64,000 nt of DNA. Source: an uncultured bacterium. GTDB taxonomy: Bacteria > Chloroflexota > Anaerolineae > J036 > Brachytrichaceae. The DNA lies in the NCBI GenBank assembly GCA_903921365.1, contig CAIXPS010000315.1:19629-83628 (forward strand), written 5' to 3'. A program made the translations under genes and the position numbers. The notes under the pieces were generated by a model that was not told the DNA's origin, made no database searches, and worked only from the letters and a program-made list of their open reading frames with translations. This document shows, one piece after another, positions 38,008 through 48,362 of this stretch (position 1 is the stretch's first letter; the number at the start of each line of letters is the position of its first letter).

Positions 38008-38781
38008 CTATCTGTTCGGAGTATCGCGTTTGACTTTTTTAGCATCTCCCTGGCCTTCCATGCGACTGCGATACATGGCAACCCGGTTCACTACTCCCTG
38101 CGTGCCTGCCATCACCCAGATCAGCAATCCGAGCAGAACAAAAAGCGGCGGCAGCACCCCAATGCTGAGGATTAATACAGCCGATGTCACGACCAGCAAC
38201 AGGAATGTGAAAAGGGGGTTAGCGCCAGCGACGAGAGCGGCATTTTTAAACGCAACGCGCCAACTCTTGGCCTCCTGCTCCACATAAAACGGAATCACAT
38301 AGAACTGGATGGCTGTCCAGAATATCCCGGCTGCCAGCCATGCGCCCATGACCCACGCCACCCATGGTTGTCCGGGAAATGCTTGCGGGTACCACAGGAA
38401 GTTGATCGCGATCAGGATTCCAACCACATTCGAGAAAATCATATAGCGCCAGGTCTTCCAGATGTTCTGTTTGAAGTGCGCAAAGTAGTAGTCCCAGGAT
38501 ATGGCGAATCCGTTAGCCACACGATTGCACACAGCGTTCAGCGCAAAATAGGCGCCTGCGTATGGAATCGACAAGGGGATCGACAACACCATCCCCACGA
38601 TCAACGATGAGATTAACGACGGCACCGGGTCAGTGCTGCCCACGGCGACATAAGCTGGCACACCAATCGCAGCGAAAAGCGGCAAACCGCACACTACCGT
38701 CAGCAAGTTCATCAACACCAGAAGCAACATGTCTTCCCAGATGTCCTTGATGCTCTTCCATATCACCTTAAACGCGCTCAT
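38008..38781 (-). CDS. DUF624 (YesL-like) membrane protein
   Basis: IWEDMLLLVLMNLLTVVCGLPLF N-terminus and FAHFKQNIWKTW motif; 6 TM helices; follows a glycoside hydrolase gene. Confidence 0.7.
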   Translation of the reverse strand: MSAFKVIWKSIKDIWEDMLLLVLMNLLTVVCGLPLFAAIGVPAYVAVGSTDPVPSLISSLIVGMVLSIPLSIPYAGAYFALNAVCNRVANGFAISWDYYFAHFKQNIWKTWRYMIFSNVVGILIAINFLWYPQAFPGQPWVAWVMGAWLAAGIFWTAIQFYVIPFYVEQEAKSWRVAFKNAALVAGANPLFTFLLLVVTSAVLILSIGVLPPLFVLLGLLIWVMAGTQGVVNRVAMYRSRMEGQGDAKKVKRDTPNR

Positions 38782-38804
38782 CTTGTTTATTCCTTCACTT
38801 ATAT

Positions 38805-41800
38805 TTACTTTCTTATTGTAACCACAGGAATAGTTCCATAATCATCCGCGGTCAGCTTGGTGATATCCGTTTCCTGCGATGCGCGGTAGTGGCCCAGGCT
38901 ATTGTCGCGGTTCGCCGTGCTATCAGCAGGCTCAAGGAAATCGATGATGCGGGTATGGTTGACGTCATTTGGCGCGCCGCCGAAATGCCATTCCGTGGCG
39001 GTTGGGTCAACATCACGCACCCTGAGCACGCCAGGCGATGGGAAGGCTTCCTGGCCGAGGATGGCGATCGCATATCCCCAGGATTCGGGGTTGCCCTCGC
39101 CAAAGGCTGCCAATGGCGCCGCAATCGTCGCTGTACCCGCTGGATCGATCAAGACCGTGATCTGCGGATTGTTCCTGCTACTCACATTACCCCTGGCGTC
39201 GGCGGCATACAGTTGTTGCTCCCAGCCCTCAACCCAAATAGCGTAGTCCCAACCGTTGTTTTTAGCCAGCGCCGCATTGCGCCCATCGAGCAGCTTGCGA
39301 GCGCCAGTTCCTTTACCCGGATCCTTGTCAATGTAGATATCGAATGTCTGGATCGATAGACCGATAGGCGAGTTCCACACATTATTGATCGGCCCGTTCA
39401 AATCAATCTTAAACACCAGGTTTTTGTCATTTATGGAAATCGTTACGTGTTTCAAGTCGAATGAGCCTGGCGCAAAAACGGCATTCTCAGGGTAAGTGTA
39501 GGCGCCTGGACCGAAGTCATCGCCCGTCGGGTCATTGAATTCGGCAATGATCTTGCCTGTGGTTGCATTGACCGTGCTGCCTGGAGGAATCGTCATCTGC
39601 GCCAACCCCTTGACGGGATATGCACTGATGAGTTGCCCCCCGCGTGTGACGATCACGACCAGGTTAAGCTTGGATAGATCCGTCAGGCTGCCGAGCGCCT
39701 TCCGGGGCGTGGCCAGTTCCAGCACCTTGCCAACCAGGGCGCCCGGTGTGAAAAGAGTTGCCGTTCCGGCCCACCCATGTCCGGAGTTTGCTGAATACAG
39801 GGCGGTTGCCGATGTTCCATCAGGGTCGAGAGTCCATTCCAGTAAATGGGTGGCGCTCATTCCTAACGCGACGCGAATCTCGCCATCGCCCCCAAGCCGA
39901 GTGAATTCTGAGAACGCGGATGAGTCGGGTTTACTGATGTAGATACCGACGCGCATCGGTTGCAGCGAGTCCACGCTGGCGGCGATTGCGCTCCAGTCGT
40001 CACGCGCATCCACACGGAAGAACAGATTGTCTCCATTTGCGCCGTAGTACAACGCGCTGATTACCCCGCTGCCGGGTGAGGATGAGGCGTCAGGCGCACT
40101 GATGACGCCGGCGCCGTTCCACTCACCGTCGGTTACAACACCGTCAATGGTTGGCGTAATCGCTTTCGGCGTCGCCAAATCCCCGGTGATGACCGTTGCC
40201 GGCTGGATTGGCACCTGCAGATAGTCGGGCAACGGGACGCCCACATCAGCGTATACCTGACCGAGCAGGTTGCGGAAGGCCTGGTCGAAATATGCCGCAT
40301 CAGGCCTGGCGGACTCTGAGCGCGATTGCAGCCAGTCGGAGCCTTCAGCCAGCAGCATGGCGTCGTAGGCGCGCGCCAGTGCGGCTTTGTCCGTGGTTTT
40401 CAAGCCGGTCAGATAGTCATTCAGAAACGCGCGCGCTCGAACGAGATTTGACCAGATCGCGTTGGTTTCAGCTGTTCCGATCCAGGCGCCAAGATCTGTT
40501 CGATCTCGATCCCCCCAAGCGCCTGCGGTGATCGTCTTGAGGTCGCGTGGTCCGGGAAACCGGTTGATGAATTCAGTGGGCGTGATGGTCTGGATGTCGT
40601 AACTGTCTGCTGCCGCGCTGAGGCGCTGATACAGCGCGTCCACAAAACCCTGCCCATCGTCGGAAAAGACCGGCAGTGTGCGGTCGCCGTCAATGACAAC
40701 GGTAATGAGGTGTGGCCCGGTCGCTTTCTCGGTTGCCAACTGTGCCTTGATTTCATGGATGCGGTTGATGAAGTCCTCAGCGGCCGACTGTGCGTCGGTG
40801 GTTGCGTAGGTTAGCAGGTGATCCGAGAGATCGGTGTGACTGAAAAGCACATTCAGCCGCTTGCCGTCATCAGAGGTGAGCGCATAGGGTCGATTGAGTG
40901 ATTCCGCATTCAGTGGCCCACTGCTGCTGCTAATGCTATTGGCGCGCTTAAGCGTTTCAACAAGAACATCCTGCCCTGTAACGGTCCATTGAATGCCGGC
41001 GCTGCTGAGTGGTTGCACACTGTTCTGTGCGATCGCGCCGCCAGGCAGGAGCATGCCTCGGGCTGGACGCCCATAACGGCTTTGATACATGTCCGTGGCG
41101 CGTTTGAGTTGCTCGGCGACATCCTGAGCAACGCTGAATGGCGGATCGGGCAGTTGTATTTTGCTGTCGCCGGCAGATGCGCTGTTGGTGTCGAGCAGCA
41201 ACGGGACAATCGGCTCAGCATAGGGTGATGTGGTCAGTTCAACCTGCCCACTCTCTTGAAGTTGGGCGTAGAGCGGGTCGATGGCGCGGATCGTGGCGAG
41301 CATCGCCTCAAGCACCACTTGCTTGTCATCCTCGGTGTAGTCGCGATCTTTGGCAACGAGTGCCGTTAACTGCGGTGTCGCTAATAGACTGGGGTTAAAT
41401 GTGGAGAGATTGAACCACACCTGCAGGTCGCGTATCTCCTGTTCAGTGAATGAGGCTCCTGCCGCGCGCACTATTGCGTCGCCGCTTCCACCGCGTTTTG
41501 TGAGCAACTCCTGGTATCGTTGAGACGATTTGATGCTGTCAGGGTTGGCGTCATCCAGGAAGTGCGCCAGTATAAATTGCCGATCCTCATCGCTCAGGCT
41601 GTTCGCCGGGCGTGTCGACAGTTCCCAGTAGATGTCTCGTGTTCCGGTAGTGATATCGTCCAATTGCTGGTGGAGCAGGGGGCTGATGTTTACCGCGGCA
41701 TGCACCTTGGGATATTTTTGCAGCAACGCGGCGGCGCTGTTGTAGTAACGTGTTGCGCTGATGCGCACCCACGGTAAGGTCACCAAGTTTGTTTGCGTAT

Positions 41801-41993
41801 CTGTTGAATAGAGCGGCTGGTGAAAACTCCAGATGATGTTCAGATAAATCGGCGTCGGCACGGGTGTCGGCGTATCCGTCGGAAAGAACATCGGTGTGAT
41901 CGGCAGCGGTGTCCTGGCAGGTGTAGACCCCAAAGGAGAACAAGCAGCGAGCAGTGACAGCAACGTTGCAGCAACGAGTAAGAGCCTTTTCAT
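38805..41993 (-). CDS. GH57-family glycoside hydrolase lipoprotein (amylopullulanase-like) with C-terminal glucodextranase-like domain
   Basis: Lipobox LLAACS. GH57 region-1 IIWSFHQPLY. C-terminal DPTGDDFGPGAYTYPENAVFAPGSFDL block typical of glucodextranase-C-like domains. Confidence 0.75.
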   Translation of the reverse strand: MKRLLLVAATLLSLLAACSPLGSTPARTPLPITPMFFPTDTPTPVPTPIYLNIIWSFHQPLYSTDTQTNLVTLPWVRISATRYYNSAAALLQKYPKVHAAVNISPLLHQQLDDITTGTRDIYWELSTRPANSLSDEDRQFILAHFLDDANPDSIKSSQRYQELLTKRGGSGDAIVRAAGASFTEQEIRDLQVWFNLSTFNPSLLATPQLTALVAKDRDYTEDDKQVVLEAMLATIRAIDPLYAQLQESGQVELTTSPYAEPIVPLLLDTNSASAGDSKIQLPDPPFSVAQDVAEQLKRATDMYQSRYGRPARGMLLPGGAIAQNSVQPLSSAGIQWTVTGQDVLVETLKRANSISSSSGPLNAESLNRPYALTSDDGKRLNVLFSHTDLSDHLLTYATTDAQSAAEDFINRIHEIKAQLATEKATGPHLITVVIDGDRTLPVFSDDGQGFVDALYQRLSAAADSYDIQTITPTEFINRFPGPRDLKTITAGAWGDRDRTDLGAWIGTAETNAIWSNLVRARAFLNDYLTGLKTTDKAALARAYDAMLLAEGSDWLQSRSESARPDAAYFDQAFRNLLGQVYADVGVPLPDYLQVPIQPATVITGDLATPKAITPTIDGVVTDGEWNGAGVISAPDASSSPGSGVISALYYGANGDNLFFRVDARDDWSAIAASVDSLQPMRVGIYISKPDSSAFSEFTRLGGDGEIRVALGMSATHLLEWTLDPDGTSATALYSANSGHGWAGTATLFTPGALVGKVLELATPRKALGSLTDLSKLNLVVIVTRGGQLISAYPVKGLAQMTIPPGSTVNATTGKIIAEFNDPTGDDFGPGAYTYPENAVFAPGSFDLKHVTISINDKNLVFKIDLNGPINNVWNSPIGLSIQTFDIYIDKDPGKGTGARKLLDGRNAALAKNNGWDYAIWVEGWEQQLYAADARGNVSSRNNPQITVLIDPAGTATIAAPLAAFGEGNPESWGYAIAILGQEAFPSPGVLRVRDVDPTATEWHFGGAPNDVNHTRIIDFLEPADSTANRDNSLGHYRASQETDITKLTADDYGTIPVVTIRK

Positions 41994-42056
41994 TTGCGGC
42001 CTAATTGTACGTTGCGATGACGACCCATCCCATAGTTTCGGCTCCTTACGACTAAT

Positions 42057-42761
42057 TCACTCCAGACTGCTCACTACTTCCACGCCGTTGGTCGCCATGT
42101 TGTAAAGGAATATTGCATGCAGCAAATCGCCGTCATGTGGAGGAATGTTGAATTGCTGTGCCACAACTATTGGCGTGTCATACGTCTGGACGCAGTTGGC
42201 CGGCAATATCACGCGCACATCATTTGTCTGGCTCGCATTGGCGCGCAGGCGCAAGTGCATGGCGAGTTGATAGGCGCACAGATCGCTACAGTCGCCTGTG
42301 ACAATGAATGTCCGTATGTCTTTGTGTGCATCGAGCCATGCGTCGAGCGCGGTGTGCTCGGATGACGAGATGGAGTTTTTCTCGATTACCACGAAGTCGC
42401 CGGCAAACGGCAGCCCCGCCAGTTCGGGGGCCGTTTGTGATTGCACATCACCGCGCACACAGTGTTGCGGGTAATGGCTGAACTCGACTGCTGATGGGGC
42501 ATGCGCATCCTGGGGGAGGACGAACTGCCGCACGCCCAATGCATAGGCCGCCCTAAACAGCTTTGCGATAGGTTCAACGATGCCCTGCACCCGTGGACTC
42601 GCTAAGGGCCCAATCGTGCAGAAGCCGTTTATCACATCCACGCACAGAATCGCAGTGGCTTGTGGCTGTGTTATCACGCTGGACAGCGACCGGGCTGGCA
42701 GGTTAGCGAGCCATTGTTCAAGAAAGTCGATATAACCGGCTGACCGTTCTCTGAGTAACAT
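42057..42761 (-). CDS. isochorismatase/cysteine-hydrolase family protein
   Basis: ILCVDVINGF (Asp) and IVTGDCSDLCAYQ (Cys) motifs. Start placed at MLLRERS (42761); the upstream ORF part is AT-rich and hydrophobic nonsense. Confidence 0.75.
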   Translation of the reverse strand: MLLRERSAGYIDFLEQWLANLPARSLSSVITQPQATAILCVDVINGFCTIGPLASPRVQGIVEPIAKLFRAAYALGVRQFVLPQDAHAPSAVEFSHYPQHCVRGDVQSQTAPELAGLPFAGDFVVIEKNSISSSEHTALDAWLDAHKDIRTFIVTGDCSDLCAYQLAMHLRLRANASQTNDVRVILPANCVQTYDTPIVVAQQFNIPPHDGDLLHAIFLYNMATNGVEVVSSLE

Positions 42762-43074
42762 GCTTATCTCCTGCAATTGCGCTTTGTATAGTGTAAATAA
42801 AACACTAAGTGAAACCACCAAAAATACCGTCAACACCTCTTTGTGTACTAATGACACTAATTGTATGGACTTTGTGTGATTTGTCAAGTATGCATAGGTG
42901 TGCTTTAATTCTTTGTGAGCGAGAGTATCTATATATCTGAGGCAATAAGTAATTTGATCCAACGTCGCGCATGCTCCTGGTCTAGTGCCAGTGTTATCGC
43001 CTCGTTCATGTCCAATGGGTTATACGTAGATTTCAGAACTCAAAAATCAACTATGTCATGGAGGATTGTTGTAA

Positions 43075-44451
43075 ATGAAAAGACGCACCGTGCCTTTATT
43101 CGTGGCATTGATTGCGGCACTAATGACGGTGGCCTGTAATCAACAACAGACGGAACAAGAACCGCCAACGCCGACGCCCGTCCCAACCCCGATTATCCCG
43201 ACGAAACCCACCTACACGGTGCAGAAGGGAGACGTGGTCCGCCAGGTGCAGTTTACCGGGCGCATCGGACCAGTCAAGGAAGTGGAACTATTCTTTAAGG
43301 TGTCCGGGCGAGTTCGCAACGTCAAAGTCGAACGCGACGCCCAGGTGAAGAGCGGCGATTTGCTGGCCGATCTGGAAATCGCACCTCTTGAGCGCCAGGT
43401 TTCGCAGTTAGAGCTTGACCTGGAACGTGTGAAGGTAAATCTCGAACGCGCTCAGAAGGCCAATGATACGGCCGTTCAACAAGCGGAGGTTGAAACGGCC
43501 ATGCGGTATCAGGACTATCTGCGATTGAAGAACCAGGACATGGAACCATTGCGCATCCAGGCTGATAACGCACTGGAATCAGCCCGCCTGAATCTTGCGA
43601 GCGCACAATCCGCTTATGATAGTTCGCCGTTGCCAGGACGAGGCGGGTCGCAGCAAGGCATGAACCTGCAACGCGCGACATTGGACTATCAGACAGCGAA
43701 GGCCAGTTACGATATTGCCATTGCGCAAATGACTACCGGGCATGACAACGACCTCAGCATGTCCGCGAAGCAGCTTTCACTCGCTAATATCAGCCTCGAT
43801 TCTGCGAAGCAAGGCGTCGACCCGCTGCTTATCAACGACGTCAAGCGCGCTGAGTTGTCGTTGAGCGTTCTTAAAGCGCAGGTCTCAGAATCACAGATCA
43901 TCGCGCCGTTTGATGGGCGTGTCACGTCCATCCGAGTCAGCCCGGGTTCGCCCGTTGAGGGTTATGCTGCGGTCGCTGTTGTCGCCGATCCAAGCACGCT
44001 CGAGGTCAATGCGGATCCAAACAGCACTGTCCTCACAGAACTTAAAGAAGGAATGCCGGTGACAGTGACACTTGTGAGCTTCCCGGATTTGCCGCTGGCA
44101 GGCAAGATACGCCAGTTGCCCTATCCATATGGCAGCGGCGGCGCAGCGACGAATGATCAGGCGCAGGCCGAGAAGGACAAGTCCACCCGCATCGCCGTTG
44201 ACGCCGCGTCATTGAAAGACACGAAGCTGCAACTCGGCGATCTTGCCCGCGCTACCGTAATTCTGGAGAAGAAGACCGACGTATTGTGGCTCCCGCCACA
44301 GGCGGTTCGCACGTTTGAAGGGCGCAAGTTCGTCGTCGTGCAGGAAGGCGATGGTCAACGTCGCGTCGATGTCAAGGTCGGCATCGCCAGTGAAGATCGT
44401 GTGGAGATTCAAGAAGGTCTTAAGGAAGGACAGGTGGCGGTGGCGCCGTGA
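43075..44451 (+). CDS. HlyD/MFP-family periplasmic adaptor lipoprotein
   Basis: Signal plus lipobox MTVACN, coiled-coil hairpin, IIAPFDGRVTSI beta-barrel motif; GGAGG RBS. Confidence 0.85.
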   Translation: MKRRTVPLFVALIAALMTVACNQQQTEQEPPTPTPVPTPIIPTKPTYTVQKGDVVRQVQFTGRIGPVKEVELFFKVSGRVRNVKVERDAQVKSGDLLADLEIAPLERQVSQLELDLERVKVNLERAQKANDTAVQQAEVETAMRYQDYLRLKNQDMEPLRIQADNALESARLNLASAQSAYDSSPLPGRGGSQQGMNLQRATLDYQTAKASYDIAIAQMTTGHDNDLSMSAKQLSLANISLDSAKQGVDPLLINDVKRAELSLSVLKAQVSESQIIAPFDGRVTSIRVSPGSPVEGYAAVAVVADPSTLEVNADPNSTVLTELKEGMPVTVTLVSFPDLPLAGKIRQLPYPYGSGGAATNDQAQAEKDKSTRIAVDAASLKDTKLQLGDLARATVILEKKTDVLWLPPQAVRTFEGRKFVVVQEGDGQRRVDVKVGIASEDRVEIQEGLKEGQVAVAP

Positions 44452-47348
44452 TGCAACCAATCCGAACATTCCTGTCAGTGTTTGTCGTCGCTGCACGCCG
44501 ACTGTGGTCGACGCGATGGCTTGCGCTTGCCGGCGCTGTCGGATTGATGGTGGTTATTGCGCTGACACTGAGCATTCCGCTATACGCAGATGCGGTTTAT
44601 AACCGCATCTTCAAGACAGAGATGAATGTGCATGAAGGCGTGACGCGACCGCCTTACGCCTTCATGTTTCGCTACATCGGGGGCTGGTACGGCCCTGTTG
44701 ACTACTCAGATGTCGCGCAAACCGATGATCTGATGGTTGGGCAAGTTCCGTATCTGCTCGGCCTTCCTCGTGAGAGCCTGGTGCGGTATTTCAAAACTGA
44801 CACATTTCAGGTTTACCCCGCTTCTGACGCCGCTTATGTCGGCAAGCGTAATCCGCTGACATGGATTTCGCTTGGCTTTCTGAGCGACTTTGCCAAACAT
44901 ATCACTCTGGTGGAAGGGACGTTTCCGAACGACTCGATCACGCCTGGCGCGCCAATCGAAGTCGCCGTCAGTAAGGAAATCGCCGATCAGCTTGGCTTGC
45001 AGGTGGGCGAGCAATTCGTGGCGTTTGACCGTCGTGATGCAAAAATACAGGTCAACGTCGTCATCGCCGGAGTGTGGGTGGCTAAAGATAAAACTGAAGA
45101 TTACTGGTTTTACGATCCAGCATATCTAAAGGATGTGATGGTGACGACCGAAGCCACCTATCTTCAGAACCTCTCGCCACGAATTGATAAAGAGGTGTAC
45201 CTGGCGCTGTGGTACATGGTGATGAATGGCGACAATGTCCGCACGGATGACGTGATGGGGTTGCTCGGGCGCATCAACTATACCCTGACGCGCGCCACCT
45301 CTCTGTTGCCAAATGTCAAGCTGGACGAATCACCCGTGGACGCATTGTGGCGTTATCAGCAGGCCAGCCGGTTACTGCTTGTGCAATTGCTGGCGTTCAG
45401 CCTCCCGATTCTGCTGCTCGTATTTGCGTTCATCACGCTTGTGGCCGGGCTCACGGTCAACGGGCAGCGCAACGAAATCGCTGTATTGCGCAGCCGAGGG
45501 GCCTCAGCCTTGCAGGTGATCAGCATCTCGTTTATTGAAGCGTTGGTGCTGGCAGTGATTGCACTCGCGGTTGCGGTTCCAGTGGCGGGCGGCATTGCGC
45601 AACTGGTCGGACGGGCGCGCAGCTTTCTCGTGTTTGTCGATAGCGCCAGCTTGCCGGTGGTGATCACCAGTTCAAGCATACAAGTCGCGTTGGTGGCAGC
45701 CGTGGTGGCGATTATTGCCACTGTCTTCCCGATCTGGGAGGCGTCGCGACATACGATCATCACCTATAAACAAGAGCGCGCGCGCACACTGCGACCGCCG
45801 GGATGGCAAAGAGCCTGGCTGGATTTACTCACGATGATTCCGGCTGCCTATGGCACTTACCTGCTGCAGAAACAGGGCACGATCGCTGTGAGCGGCGTTG
45901 TGCAGATATCAGGCGGCGATCCATTCAGCAACCCGTTGTTGTTTCTGGTGCCAGTCCTGATGATGATCTCGCTCACCCTGTTTTTGATCAGGTTGTTCCC
46001 GTTCTTTTTGCGGTTCATCTCGTGGTTATTTGCCAAACTGCCCGGAACGACGTTCCTGCTCGCAGTGCGGCAACTCTCCCGCTCGCCGGGGCTTTATGTC
46101 GCGCCGATGCTTCTGCTCATTCTGACACTGGCGTTGGCTACTTTTACCGCGTCGCTGGCTTCCACGCTTGATCGTGGTCTCGTGGACCAGGTTCGCTATG
46201 GCGTTGGCGGTGATGTGCATCTGTTCGAGACGGCCGAGGATACGCAGAGTAGCACGATGGGCGCGATCGGGGCCGGGCAGACCACAGGCTCAACGGCTGC
46301 GGGCGACACCACGACGCAACTTGGGCCGCGCTTCCAATTCACGCCAGTTTCCGATCACCTCAAGGTGGACGGCGTCACGGCTGCTACACGGGTGGGACTC
46401 TATCAGGCAACTGCGAAGTTCAGTTCCGGCACGGTCAAGGCGCAGATATTGGGCATTGACCGCGTGGACTACAGCCGCATCGCCTTCTGGCGCAACGACT
46501 TTGCCGGCGGCTGGTCGCTGGGCGCACTGATGAATTCGCTGGCATCAATGCAAAACGGCATCCTGGTGCATCAATCGATCCTTACTTCGAATGCGCTGAA
46601 GGTGGGGGACGATGTGCGCCTTACGGTAATCGGGCCGGATGGCAATGTGGAAATGACCTTCAAGATCGCCGGCTGGTTTACCTACTGGCCAACGTGGTAT
46701 CCCAACAAAGAAGACGCAAAAATGCTCTTTGTTGCCGATCTGGACAATGTCTTTGAGCAGTTTGGGACACAGGTGCCTTACGATGTGTGGCTGAAAATCA
46801 AGGACGGCGCAAGCGTCGATACCATCGCAGATGGCGTGCGCAAGTTGGGCGTATCACTGCTGCGCTGGGAGGATGTGCGCTCACAGATCGAGAAGGAGCA
46901 GACCCGTCCCGAACGGCAGGGCCTATTTGGCGTGCTGTCAGTCGGGTTTGCGGCCTCGGCCTTGCTGACTGTCCTGGGTTTCTTCCTGTATGCGGTGTTC
47001 TCATTCAGGCGAAGGTTGATCGAACTAGGCGTCTTGCGCGCGATTGGTTTAAGCGCAGCTCAGATGGGCGCATACCTGGGATGGGAATTGTTTATACTCC
47101 TGGGGGTTGGCATGGGCGCTGGCACATTGCTGGGTGTGGCAGCCAGTCGCGTCTACATTCCGTTTATGCAGGTCGGCATCACGCCAGAGTCAACACTGCT
47201 GCCATTCTTCATCATCATCGCCTGGCCCGAGATAATCAGGATCTATGCCTTGTTTGGTGGATTGTTTGTCGTGGCGCTGGTTGTATTGCTGGCATTCCTG
47301 ATGAGGATGAAGATCTTCCAGGCTGTCAAGTTAGGTGAAACAGAATGA
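44448..47348 (+). CDS. ABC transporter permease with two FtsX domains (MacB/YbbP type)
   Basis: 966 aa. Two copies of the 4-TM FtsX module (RNEIAVLRSRGAS... and RRLIELGVLRAIGLS...), each preceded by a large extracytoplasmic domain. Confidence 0.85.
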   Translation: MMQPIRTFLSVFVVAARRLWSTRWLALAGAVGLMVVIALTLSIPLYADAVYNRIFKTEMNVHEGVTRPPYAFMFRYIGGWYGPVDYSDVAQTDDLMVGQVPYLLGLPRESLVRYFKTDTFQVYPASDAAYVGKRNPLTWISLGFLSDFAKHITLVEGTFPNDSITPGAPIEVAVSKEIADQLGLQVGEQFVAFDRRDAKIQVNVVIAGVWVAKDKTEDYWFYDPAYLKDVMVTTEATYLQNLSPRIDKEVYLALWYMVMNGDNVRTDDVMGLLGRINYTLTRATSLLPNVKLDESPVDALWRYQQASRLLLVQLLAFSLPILLLVFAFITLVAGLTVNGQRNEIAVLRSRGASALQVISISFIEALVLAVIALAVAVPVAGGIAQLVGRARSFLVFVDSASLPVVITSSSIQVALVAAVVAIIATVFPIWEASRHTIITYKQERARTLRPPGWQRAWLDLLTMIPAAYGTYLLQKQGTIAVSGVVQISGGDPFSNPLLFLVPVLMMISLTLFLIRLFPFFLRFISWLFAKLPGTTFLLAVRQLSRSPGLYVAPMLLLILTLALATFTASLASTLDRGLVDQVRYGVGGDVHLFETAEDTQSSTMGAIGAGQTTGSTAAGDTTTQLGPRFQFTPVSDHLKVDGVTAATRVGLYQATAKFSSGTVKAQILGIDRVDYSRIAFWRNDFAGGWSLGALMNSLASMQNGILVHQSILTSNALKVGDDVRLTVIGPDGNVEMTFKIAGWFTYWPTWYPNKEDAKMLFVADLDNVFEQFGTQVPYDVWLKIKDGASVDTIADGVRKLGVSLLRWEDVRSQIEKEQTRPERQGLFGVLSVGFAASALLTVLGFFLYAVFSFRRRLIELGVLRAIGLSAAQMGAYLGWELFILLGVGMGAGTLLGVAASRVYIPFMQVGITPESTLLPFFIIIAWPEIIRIYALFGGLFVVALVVLLAFLMRMKIFQAVKLGETE

Positions 47349-48358
47349 GTGAAGGACCTTTTATTCTTTGTGATAACCTGGTCAAGATACATAAAATTGC
47401 CGACCTTGAGGTGGTGGCGCTGCAGGGTCTTGACCTGGAAGTGAAGCAGGGTGAGTTATTGGGGATTGTGGGCGCCAGCGGTAGCGGTAAGTCCACATTG
47501 CTCAACATCCTTGGCGGTCTGGATCGCCCAAGCGCCGGTCGTGTCATCGTCGGCGGACGGGATTTGCTCAAGCTGTCGAATACAGCTCTGACCACATACC
47601 GTCGCACCCAGGTCGGTTTTGTCTGGCAGCAAGGCGCCCGCAACGTCATCCCGTATCTGTCATCGGCTGCCAACGTTGAACTGCCGATGATTCTGGCGGG
47701 ACGCGCGGGCGGCGCCGCCAAGAAGCGCGCGTTTGAACTTCTTGACGCCGTCGGGTTAGCCAACCGCCGCAATCACTACCTGGGGCAGTTGTCGGGAGGC
47801 GAACAGCAGCGCGTGGCGATTGCTGTCGCGCTTGCCAACGCTCCCACGCTGCTTCTGGCTGACGAGCCCACCGGCGAGTTGGACTCAAGCACTGCGTTGG
47901 CCATCTACCAGGTGTTTCGCGATCTATGCCTCAAGTATGGTGTGACGACTTTGATCGTCAGCCATGACCCCAAGATCGCGCGCCACGTAGATCGTGTTGT
48001 GGCGATTCGCGATGGCAAGCTGGCCGGCGAGACGGTGCGCAGTAAACCCGCACTGAATGCGGCGGCAACGGCAGGCGGTAAAGACCAGCCGCAACATGAA
48101 GAGCATTTTGTGGAATATGCGGTGCTTGACTCCGCTGGTCGCCTGCAGATACCGAAGGAAATGCGCGAGAAGTATGGCATCAAGGAGCGCGCCCATCTTG
48201 AGCCTGCTGAGAATGGCATCCTGGTGATGCCGGTGGAGAAGCAGGCTGCTGAAGAGGCGGTTGCTGCTAGCGAACAGAGTGCTATCGCGCCAAAGGCGGC
48301 GGAACGTAAAAGTGTGCTGGGATGGTTGTCGCGTCGTAAACCAACGTCGAAGGGATGA
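47345..48358 (+). CDS. ABC transporter ATP-binding protein with C-terminal SpoVT/AbrB-like domain
   Basis: [38 protein letters not shown]-terminal [31 protein letters not shown]. Confidence 0.85.
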   Translation: MSEGPFILCDNLVKIHKIADLEVVALQGLDLEVKQGELLGIVGASGSGKSTLLNILGGLDRPSAGRVIVGGRDLLKLSNTALTTYRRTQVGFVWQQGARNVIPYLSSAANVELPMILAGRAGGAAKKRAFELLDAVGLANRRNHYLGQLSGGEQQRVAIAVALANAPTLLLADEPTGELDSSTALAIYQVFRDLCLKYGVTTLIVSHDPKIARHVDRVVAIRDGKLAGETVRSKPALNAAATAGGKDQPQHEEHFVEYAVLDSAGRLQIPKEMREKYGIKERAHLEPAENGILVMPVEKQAAEEAVAASEQSAIAPKAAERKSVLGWLSRRKPTSKG

Positions 48359-48362
48359 GCTG

